The translations under genes and the position numbers were made by a program. Below, piece by piece: positions 49,521-60,000 of a DNA stretch of 60,000 nt; position 1 is the first letter of the stretch, and every line of letters starts with the position of its first letter. Location: the NCBI GenBank assembly GCA_038087875.1, contig CM075987.1:18354001-18414000 (forward strand). Direction: 5' to 3'. This stretch comes from Malacoraja senta (lineage: Eukaryota). The notes beneath the pieces were generated by a model, which saw only the letters and a list, made by a program, of their open reading frames with translations, had not been told where the DNA came from and ran no database searches.

Positions 49521-49820
49521 TAGCCCTGTCCCATGGTACGAGTTCATTCCAAGAGCTCTCCCGAGTTTTAAAAAAATCAAACTCATGGGAAGCACGGAGA
49601 ATGAACGTAGCGGGTACTCTTAGCGCTAACGGCAGGTACTCGGGAAGACTTGCTAACGGCAGGTAAGCACAGGAAGACTCGTGAAGATTTTTCAACATGA
49701 TGAAAAATGTCCACGAGAGCCCCGAGTACCGACGAGTGGCCATTACCGTAAATCTCCGAGTTCAAATCAGGGCAAACTCGGGAGAACTCTTGGAATGAAC
49801 TCGTACCGTGGGACAGGGGT
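49521..49820. mobile_element. PIF/Harbinger-like MITE nested in a CR1 tail
   Basis: TIRs of about 45 bp (ccctgtcccatggtacgagttcattccaagag...), TTA flanks, splits a CR1 ccttaaagct motif. Confidence 0.8.
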
Positions 49821-50345
49821 TTAAAGCTGTGCCCTCTAGTCTTTAACATTTTCACCCTTAGAAAAGGTTCTGATGGTTTACCCTATCAATACCTCCCATA
49901 ATCTTATATTCTTCTATCAGATCTTCCCACAACCTCCAGTTTTCCAGAGAAAACAATCCAAGTCTGTCCAACCTCTCCTTACAGCGAATACCCTCTATCG
50001 TATCAAGATTATCTCAAATTTGAATTATTAACGTATTAGTGGGGTTGCCATATGTGTCCTGATGTGTATTTATGCAACACTAATATTGTGCTTCTGTGAT
50101 TGCTGGCTTCATGCAGCCTATATACATGGAATAACCTGGGCACCAACGTATTAAGTTAAAGGACATGCAATGTCAATGATTATCTGGAAAAGATACTATA
50201 TATTTTCCACAGTGTTTCTCCTTTCTTTGTTTCTTTTTCTTACTCCATTTACTTCGTTTCAACAGCATATAAGTTATTTATCTTATTTAACAATATTACA
50301 ATCTTGTTCTCTTTTTCTGTATGTGTGTGTATGTATGTTCTGTAG

Positions 50346-50408
50346 AGGATGTAGCAAATTTAACAGCCAGTGATGTGATGAATCGTGTAAATCTTGGATA
50401 TTTGCAAG
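50346..50408 (+). CDS. KCNT1: KCNT1 63-nt cassette exon: EDVANLTASDVMNRVNLGYLQ
   Basis: Acceptor gttctgtag|, donor CAAG|gtaaat. Phase 1/1. Peptide matches the recalled rodent Slack segment. Confidence 0.94.
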
Positions 50409-51489
50409 GTAAATTCTCTCCCTGGTAACAGAGTGACCCTCCACAGACACTGTATACTATAAGACATGCCAACCTTAATAACATGTTCAAGTGCCCACTG
50501 CATATTTCACAATGGGGAATATTTCGGCCCAAGGGAACCTCAGATATTTGCTATATCAATGTTTCACTTCCCACAGTTGCTCCAGGTAAATCACATCTGT
50601 CTTACTTTATTATAATAGCTCCTGCACATTTTTAACACTTCTGTAGTGCAATCAGTATTTTCAAAGGGGTCGAATTTGGTATCTGTGCAGACAAGGACTA
50701 AACATCCTGGCTTTCCTGATTGAAAAGAAACAGCATTATGAGAGAAGACACATCAGCATTTAATTTATAATGTTTTCAACACTTCAGATAGTATATCCAT
50801 CTACCACTGCTGAATCTGCAGGTATAAGGGAGTTTCCTCCCCAAGGATCTTGCCAAGTTGATGCCTTTTATTGACATGGCATAACTTTCAGAAGGTCTCA
50901 ATCGTTGCATGACAAATCAATAATCAAACCCAAAAAGAAATACAATGTTCAGACTGAAGAAGGGTCCCGACCCAAACATCGCCTATCCATGTCCTCGAGA
51001 GATGCTGCCTGACCTGTTGAGTTAGTCCAGCACTTTGGTTTTTGGTAAACCAGGATTGGCAGTTCCTTGTGCCTCTAATAAGCCAACCCACTTAAGTATC
51101 AAAAAATCTCATTAGTTTGCTGCCAACAGTAATGAACACATGCGCTCGACATCCTAAAACCAGACTTCAACTTCCCAATTTAGTTGCCAATCGTAATTAT
51201 TCACCCGTCTTTCTCTCTTTACACCCGACCAACTGTTTAGCCCTGAAAAGAACTCTGGGTTTTCTGTTATTAATGTTGGCATCTCTTACATATAGTGTGC
51301 TTTACCTGTTGTTTGACGAGCCTCAAATGACGTTTCATGGAAGTTTCGCCCTACAAAAGTATCACATTGAAAATGACATATACCTACCACACATCCCAAG
51401 TTATGCCAGTATCCAGAATGGTATGATGAACAACACTGAGGGTGCTTAGGTTTACAACTGGCTTGATAGATCAAAGATACAGATTATCC

Positions 51490-51810
51490 CAGATTATGCC
51501 CAGTGTAGAGGAATCGATGACCAGAAGACATAGGTTCAAGATAAAGGGGAAAAGATTTAATAGATATCTGAGGGGTAACCTTTTCACACAAAGGGTGGTG
51601 GGTGTATGAAACAAGCTTCCAGAGGAGGTAGTTGAGGCTGGGACTATCCCAACGTTTAAGAAACAGTTAGACAGGTACATGGATAGGACTGGTTTGGAGG
51701 GATATGGACCAAGCACAGGCAGGTGGGACTAGTGTAGCTAGGACATGTTGGCCGGTGTGGGCAAGATGGCACGAGGGTCTGTTAACACAATGTTTCACTC
51801 AATGACTCTA
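51490..51810 (+). mobile_element. CR1 LINE 3' fragment
   Basis: ttttcacacaaagggtggtgggtgtatg...gtttaagaaacagttagacaggtacatggatagg. A related minus copy lies at 45725-45905. Confidence 0.8.
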
Positions 51811-54287
51811 TTAAATTAAACTTCCGATTGGCTTCTAAGAGGGAGACAAGTTTTCAAATTTATAAGTAGGTGTTTCTTTGAAGTAGCAGCAAGATTAGTT
51901 TAGTTTATTGTCACGTGTACGGTGAAAAGCTTTGAGGTACAATGGAAAGCTTTACAGAGAAAGAGGCTCAGTTAGCTATTGTTTTATTTTACATCTGAAC
52001 AAACAGCAGAGACCAAATGACTTGTAAATCCATTTGTGGTGTTGTTTGGGTGGAATCATGTTGTCCACATAGTTTTATAACTTCTGTTAGGTCCTGCTCA
52101 ATGTTATTTTAATAGTCCGTTTATTTTACTAACAGCAGAAAGAAGATCATTACGACTGCACATTGAGCAGTCATGCCATGATCAATCATCACATTTTTAT
52201 CATACTGACTGCAACCTAATGCCATCTGTTCATATGAAGCCCTGAGTCTAGGTTCCCAAAACTGCCTCTGACATACATACTCCACATTATGGGAATACTG
52301 CCAACTAAACATTCAATACAATACGATAGAATATTTATCCCAGGAGTGAAATTGATCTGCCAACAGTCATAAAAACACAAAATACATTCTAGAGGCAGTC
52401 TAACTTCGGGTTGGGAGCAGTGAATGCCAATTGGGCAGGGGAGTTATTGATAATATCACTTCCATTTGGCCTAATTGCCAGGCAAGGCCTAACTAAATTA
52501 GATTGATATTAAAAAAAATAAAAACTATTTGACAGCATAACCTAAATACCCAATGGGTTTTATCATAGATATTTGAGCACGTCAGATCTATTCAGTAATA
52601 ATATTTAATTTCATTGTGTTTTCAAAACAATGTTTCGGCAGGCAACATTAGAATATAGCACAGTTGTGGGACAGAGCAGAGCTTGGACATTGCTTTGGTG
52701 TTTCCTGGTGTACATGAAACTAGATCCATTGTGGGACTTACACAAGGTCAACATGACCTGTTCTCCTCCCTCTGCTGCTAAAAGCAATGACTCCCATAAT
52801 TGGGATGTATGGTAGAGCTGGAATCTCAATTTGCTGAAATTTGAATGTTAACTTTGACTTCTTGAACATAATTTGTTCTGCTCCCTTGTACGAGAGCATG
52901 GTTATATCTTAAGGCCGCACACTAGGATTGTGGTTGGGTTGCCTTTCACTGTATTTTACAGCGGACTGGGCTTCTTCCATGGAGCGGGTTTGTGTGCATG
53001 AACCACTGGACCTCATTCATAATTCACTAATCCAATGGTGTGGTGCCTCTCTCTGTGTTGGTGGAGGCTGTAGGGTGCTCATCAAGTGACACTTCCATTT
53101 CTCTCATGAGACGGTTTGTTATTTAATAAATTATTAATCATTTGATTTTAAATTTGTGTTCTTGGTGAAGTGACTACTAGAAAGATGTTGTAGTGTGCTT
53201 TAATTGTGGATGGGGTTGCTTTTGGCTTCTACCCCTTCATGAAGTCGAAGTGAAAATGTGTAGTTTTCAATGGGCAAACTTGATACTATTGCATCTGTTA
53301 CATAGTCATCAAATACTACCCTTTACATGGTCATCAAGTACTAACCTGGCTTGGATACTTGAACACGTGGCCATTTCTGTAAGTTTTCACTTTCTACTTG
53401 CTATCCACACAATCAATCTGGCAAGTGAAGGCTAGACCCATGAGGAAGGATGGATGGATTTAACACCACTCTGTCCTTGTCAAAGTGGCACCTTTCAGTG
53501 GACAATAGTAGAAGTAGGCCACTCGATTGCTATTTGGCAATTCCACATTTTTTGAATAAAGAGGGAAAATGAAATATTTACAAAAATGTTTTTTAAAAAA
53601 ATCATAACAGAAGCAATTGCTCATCTGTATTTAATCAACTGCCAAGTACAAATGCACGAGTGAAGGCTTGTATTTTAGTGCTGGATTCCTTCCTCCATAA
53701 TTCTCATAAGAACTTAATAAAAGTACCTATAGGTAATATTTATTTGCACAAATTTTACATCAGAGTTACTGACAACCGGAACTTTAGCCTAAAATATAAT
53801 TCTTTATTTAAATCATATGCTCAGAGATGTTTGCATATTAACACTCCATTTCTAACATTAGCTCTGGTGCACAATCATCACACCCATTTAATTGAAAGCA
53901 AAGGCCAGGATTTACTGCTTCTGTGCTCTCGATGAATTCACTATGGTGAAATAAAGATCATTCTTTATGTAATACTTGTTAAAAGTTAAGAACAATCCAA
54001 AAAAACTTGCCAACTGCCCTTAATAAATAGATTCCTGCTGGAATGAAATACTTGTCAGAAGACCCTGGTTCTTGAACCATATATTTTAAACACTGAGGGC
54101 CTACAACTCTAAAATAGGCCCTAAAATACAGTAAATTCAAAATAGTGACGAATGCAAAATGAACCTTAATATTTAAATTTCGATATAATTAATAAAGGTT
54201 ATAATGTCTTACTAATCTAACATCTAGGGTGATTTAAGGTTATGCCTTTGGTCTTTCATAACTACAATTGCTGTTTAAATAAGCTAA

Positions 54288-54412
54288 TCTGAAGAAGGGT
54301 CTCGAACCGAAATGTTGCCTATTTCCTTCGCTACATAGATGCTGCCTCAACTGCTGAATTTCTCCAGCATTTTTGTCTATCTTCAATTTTCCAGCATCTG
54401 CAGTTCCTTCTT
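54288..54412 (+). mobile_element. PLE terminal fragment (another at 50950-51075)
   Basis: tctgaagaagggtctcgaaccgaaatgttgcc...ccagcatctgcagttccttctt. Confidence 0.8.
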
Positions 54413-55209
54413 GATAAATAATGCTCCTTTCACTCTTTTACATGATGAGAGAACTTGAAAAAATGAGTTGTAATTAAAATTACTTGTTGAAGGAGACCTT
54501 GTTCGGTAAATATATCCTTGGGATATTTTTATCTTTGATGGGATTATGAACATAAAAGCAAATCTTAGCTTTTTTAAACATTAATTTATGAATAATTTAT
54601 ATTACAGATATGAAGAATAATTATGATATAGGGACATGGGAATTATTCCTCTATACTTTAATTAAATAGCTTATATTAGCCCCAGGGAAATGTTCTGTAC
54701 AGTCTGATGTTTTGAAAATTCATTAAATACCAACGTTCTTATGAGCTCCATTAAAGACAGAATGTTTAGCTTGCTGTCAGAGTCATGACTGCAAACAATT
54801 GCCAGAAAAATGAACCACAAGGTTCCCAATTGAAAGGATACAAACTGGGAAAAAGCAAAATTCCTTGCAAGTGGATGTTTTCTGTGGCTCAGCAATCTAA
54901 CTATAAGCATCCCTGATCTAATAAAATATGCTGGTTAATTGTTCAGCCATTTGTTAGAACAAAAATATCACTAATAACACCAAATCTAATAAGTCAGCAA
55001 ATCTGAGATATTTGTTACAATATTTTTGGAACAATTATAGAAAAGCACAAAGATAGACTTTGCACAAATTTAACCCGAGAGAGTAAGTTTGAATGGCAGC
55101 ACACAGGTTGGGTAGTTAGTTGTATTCAGGTGATATGAAGTCAAACACTCGGCTGCAAATGTGAAATTCTAACCTTCTGCTCTGCTGTGGTCAGATTCAT
55201 CTCAATGCC

Positions 55210-55510
55210 AGCAGTTGTGCAGCTGGTAGAACAGCTGCCTGTCAGTGCCAACGAACTGGGTTTGATCCTGACCTCGGGTGCTGTCTGTGTGGAATTTCCA
55301 CTGTGACAGTGGATTTCCTCCGGGTGCTCCGGTTTCCTTCCACATCCCAAAGATATGTGGTTTCTAGGTTAATTGGTCTCGGTACATTGTCCTGACTGTG
55401 TAGGGGGTGGATGCAAATGTGGAATAACATAGAACTAGTGTGAATGGTTGATCGATGGTTGGCATGGACTTGGGGTGGAGCTGTTTCCACGCTGTATCTT
55501 TCAATCAATT
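55210..55510 (+). mobile_element. HE1/V-SINE-like copy
   Basis: SINE body and tail gctgtatctttcaatcaattca. Confidence 0.8.
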
Positions 55511-57004
55511 CAGTGCTATGCAACTCGTATTTCTGAATTAAACTATTCAATTACTAATTTATGCTTTTATGCATCAGAGAAATCGCAAGTCCCTTCTGGG
55601 GTACCTATCCTATTTCCATCAGTTATGCCAGTGTTTCATAGAAAATAAACACAATTTCCATCCTTCCATACAGAACACTGAAAAGCATAAAATCTAATTG
55701 CTTCTTATCTGCCTGCATGAGTGATCACCATGAACTGTGAGGGTCAGTCTAAGTGAGATTGCTTTCTTAATGCTCACATCATTGCTATTGCACAACCCAT
55801 GTCTTTGGTGTCTGCCTCATTGTTCCAAAGTAGCTTCATTGTGTGATCATCTTTTATAACACACCTGTATGCCTCTCAAGTTTTAATTCTAAAATGCTAT
55901 GATTTTTGTTTATTAAATAGGATGTGTGCAAAAAATATTTGAAATTACTAGAATAAGTATTGTAAAGTTTATCTGCACCTGTTATCAGTTGAGGGAAAGT
56001 ATTATCAAAGGAGGTGTGTTATAAAATATATTTTTTGTTCACAAATGTGTTCATGTTAATCTCTTTGAGGTGTTCATTTGATATATATTGTACAAAATGC
56101 ATCTTGTACTGCAGTTGAATCCTTATAAAACATAATTTTTGTCCATTTGCACTTCAATCAGAATTCATATGAACCCTGTGCCATTTTTCTTGCAACCACA
56201 ATGCAGGTCGATTGGGTGGGAGAAAGTTATCAGTGTATCACTGCCATGGGGTTAAATTCACTGATAGATTGACTGTGCTTTTTGTAGGCAAACATTATGC
56301 TGAGACTAACATTTGTGTGATGGTCTTGAACGGGACACATTTAGTGCATGGATCAAGAATGATTTTACCTGGAGTCAACTGATGTCTTTTGTTTGCAAAG
56401 TTAATGGAAGTCATCTTCTAAACAAATTTAACATGTTTTGTAAATGTTTCTGAATTGTACTGTATTGATTTATTGATAAATGGAATTTTTACTATTGTAT
56501 ATATGGGATCCTTGCTAAGAGAGTGTATTTTAAGACTAAAGGATGCAAGATTTCAACCGATCATGGTGCACAACGACCTATACTTTATTAAATGAATTTG
56601 TGCATCACTGTACATATATTAAAAGCTAGTTTTCTGCTGACCTGGTGCACACAAATTGTGGGAAGCATTTGAATCGATCTTTATATATACTGTGTATAGA
56701 AGAATTCCACCATATTAATTCTTCTTGTCATTTGTAAACTCTGAGACAAACATCTAAGTCCATAATCTGCAGAAAAAAACCTTCAACGAGGGAGTGACTT
56801 ATCTTTGGCCACTAGTTCTAAATGGATGCCACCATTTGTACTTCTCTCCCACACAATTATCCCCATTAAAGTCATTGGCACCAAATGTACAGAGGTGAGT
56901 AGAACCTGATATTCTTACACCCATTTGGGTTCGTGTGAAAAAACAATTCTCCCCGAATTAGTTTATATCTCACGCCTATTTACAAAAAAAGTACAAGTTT
57001 TTAA

Positions 57005-57317
57005 GGGCGGCACGGTGGTGCAGCGGTAGAGTTGCTGCCTTACAGTGCTTGCAGCACAGGAGACCCGGGTTCTATCTCGACTAAGGGTGCTTGGCTGTAT
57101 GGGGTTTGTACGTTCTCCCCGTGACTGCGTGGATTTTCTCTGAGATCTTCAGTTTCTTCCCACACTCCAACGACATACAGGTATGTAGGTAAATTGGCTT
57201 GGTATAAGTGTAAATTGTCCCTAGTGTGTGTAAGATCGTGTTAATGTGCGGGGGCTGCTCGTCGGCGTGGACTTGGTGGACGGAAGGGCCTGTTTCCGCG
57301 CTGAATCTCTAAACTAA
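57005..57317 (+). mobile_element. HE1/V-SINE-like copy
   Basis: gggcggcacggtggtgcagcggtagag A-box head, gggttctatc B-box-like, tail ctctaaactaa. Confidence 0.85.
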
Positions 57318-57575
57318 GTTCCAATTTTTCCTTCTTCTTGAACAGAGTTTTTATTCCATGTGGATTAGTTATGCGTTGGCTATTGGGTATTCTTGTTCTT
57401 AGATTGGCTTGAAGATGCATTATTCAATTAATGCCAGCGCATCTGTACAGAAACTGGTAATGGTTGAATAATAGTTCTGCAAATAGAAGGAAATCACGAG
57501 CATAACTTTGGGAGTGGACTCAGGGTATTTCATACATAATCTAAATTCTTGCTAATAGGGGAATTCTTTTTTTAG

Positions 57576-57782
<207 letters not shown>

Positions 57783-58364
57783 TAAGCTGTCAAAGAATCA
57801 ATAACCTTGAACACCACATTTTTTAAATTTCAAATTGCTTTTGGATTTTTGGAAATGTTAAAAAATACTGGCATTAACATTTATCTTTCTTGTCCCTTTC
57901 AATTTATCACCAAGTTGTTTATAGGCAATGACTGTCTGTTGAAGTGTCATCATTCTAGTAAAGTAGGAAATGTGTCACACAGCAAAATTTCCAACATTTT
58001 AATGGTTGGATTATCTGTTGTAGCAATGTTGGCCAGGATAGTTCTGGTCATCTTAAAAAATGTCCCATGGAATCTCTATAGTCCACTAAATCACTATTGC
58101 CAAGGGTTTTAGGGTTTTTTCTGCCGGAGTCAGTGAGCAGTAACTGTAGAGAAGTTAGTTATAGTTTGGCAAAATGGTCAGGCAGATTTTGAAATGAGGA
58201 ACATGTAGTTCTGATGCCGTATGTAATCTTTTAAATGCTAACACTTCATTGGCCATCGACATTGATGGTTTTAGTTTTTCTAACCTGACCTGAAGGCAGA
58301 GGGTTTCAGCACCTTGTTTGAAGTATTGGACTGCTGTTAACTGGACTGTTGTCCTTTTGATTAG

Positions 58365-58482
58365 GTACCTGATTCGTTCCGACCCACTGGCCAATGTTCA
58401 AAATGGTTCAAGCAGCCTGAAGAGCAAGCCCTGCAGGTTGTTCCCATCCAATGAGGAGGCAAAGAATGAAACGGAACTATAA
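58365..58482 (+). CDS. KCNT1: KCNT1 last coding exon: (V)YLIRSDPLANVQNGSSSLKSKPCRLFPSNEEAKNETEL*
   Basis: Acceptor ttttgattag|G, YLIRSDPLA motif, TAA at 58480-58482, class I PDZ-type end ETEL. Confidence 0.94.
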
Positions 58483-60000
58483 ATGCTGGATCCCTGACAA
58501 TTTGTAAGACACCACCTTGATTTTACAAAAATGACAACATACTGTTTATGCACAGAAGATGGTCCTACTGACACCTTGAAACAAAACAATGCTGATTGAA
58601 GTTTTGCATTACCAAATACGACCAGTTTACAAATTGAAATAGATCACCGAGGTTACTCTGATTAGACCTTGGACTACAACAGGTTTAATGGAACTATGCC
58701 AATTGAGAATCAGCATTGACTCAGACTAAAGCAACATATGAAGAAAATGTTTACTTGATATATTATGCATAATTTCAGGTCCAGATAGTGGACTTGTTTT
58801 ATATATTTTTGTACCATGTAGAATGGGACATGTTGTTTATTTATTTAAACTCAACCTACTTGGGACAAGTGGTCCTATTTCTATTATTGGAGAGCAGACT
58901 ATCTTGATACTGTCTCCCAGATAGTATTTGTGACTCAGATGTGTGTACAGGTATGGCATGAACTTTCTTTCCATTGTCCAGGTGCTGATGTTGCTGTGTC
59001 AAATTAATTCAAGGATCCTTTGGTGCCAAAGGGACAAATGCTTTCAAGATCTTTTTCTACATAAATATGCTTGGACAATTGTTATAGGATAATCGCTGGA
59101 GCTATTTGATCTCCGATCCATTTTGCACAGTTAGTAATTTCTCATCGCTGGTTTGAATGGAAAGTGGTGCCTTCAGTCTGACCCATCGTTGGGCTAAATC
59201 ATCAATTGCCAACAAGAAATAAGGAACAGTGGACAAATATGTGAAAAATATCAGGAAAAATGTGCAGGCAAGAAAGCATCAGTCCATATTCATTTGGAAC
59301 AAATTGCTTGAACAATTTTAATGAAGGTGAGTGTGGGCATTTGTATTGCACACTATTGAGATAGTTGCAGAACATGTATTTATTTTGTTATCAAATTATG
59401 GCATGTCATTGTCTATCACAAAGAATGGGAAACATACAGGCGGTAGTCTGCGGCTGTACAACGTTTTGACTGTGTCGACACATTGCTCTTTGTGTAGAGG
59501 AAGACCCCGAGGTACAGAACATTAGAATCAAAAACAGAAAATACCGTAACTAGAATTCTGGTGCACCAACATAACTCTATTTCAAGACTGCAATAGAATA
59601 CTTCAAAATAACTTGCTTATATCATTCTCACCACATCTAAAGCTGGAGTTTGGACAGTTCATGGAAACTACATGAGATGACTGTGGCGATCAACAGGCTT
59701 ATTTGGGAAAATAGAAGTTAGCATGTACGTCCAGTTACTGAAACATATAGAGCCTCAAACTCAACAAAGTTGTCATTTGTCCCTCTCATGCCTCTGGACT
59801 TCAATACAAGGATGATGTGGTCCATAGTGCCTCGTTTGTGGCATTTATCTGCCAGCATTCATGGTGTCTGGTTTCACACCCACCTTCCATCAAAGCTCAG
59901 GTTCAAATCCCTGTGATACTGCAGATACAAGCCCATCTACAGGGAAGTTGTACGTAAGCTGTGGAACTCTCAAGCTTCTGAGGACATTGAAACACATTCA
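58483..60000 (+). other. KCNT1: KCNT1 3' UTR, probably continuing past the window
   Basis: Follows the stop codon and is repeat-poor. AU-rich ATTTATTTA near 58839. No AATAAA seen up to 60000. Confidence 0.6.

Noticed and set aside
57005..57085. tRNA-like sequence
   Set aside because: It is a SINE head continuing into the SINE body; no complete cloverleaf.

Overview
Eukaryotic, repeat-rich vertebrate DNA, most likely from a cartilaginous fish (skate or ray), judged from HE1/V-SINE-like, HER1/CR1-like and Penelope-like repeats. The whole window is the 3' half of a + strand KCNT1 (Slack/Slo2.2, Na+-activated K+ channel) gene. Ten coding exons can be read between 695 and the stop codon at 58480-58482, followed by 3' UTR. 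About 160 aa of RCK2 (about four exons) is missing across a 200-N assembly gap at 41925-42124. The exon at 46693-46989 carries three single-base indels (net frameshift). A candidate unannotated 21-nt in-frame microexon with neural splicing-factor motifs lies at 7287-7307. The introns hold roughly 30 Penelope-like termini carrying a minimal hammerhead-ribozyme motif (one still attached to a GIY-YIG endonuclease remnant), tRNA-derived SINEs, CR1 and Rex1/Babar LINE fragments, modular CpG-rich retroposons, a non-autonomous Helitron, a 2.2-kb TIR transposon with a 5-bp TSD, and several MITEs. Protein comparisons are from recalled mammalian KCNT1/KCNT2 sequences, not from a database search.
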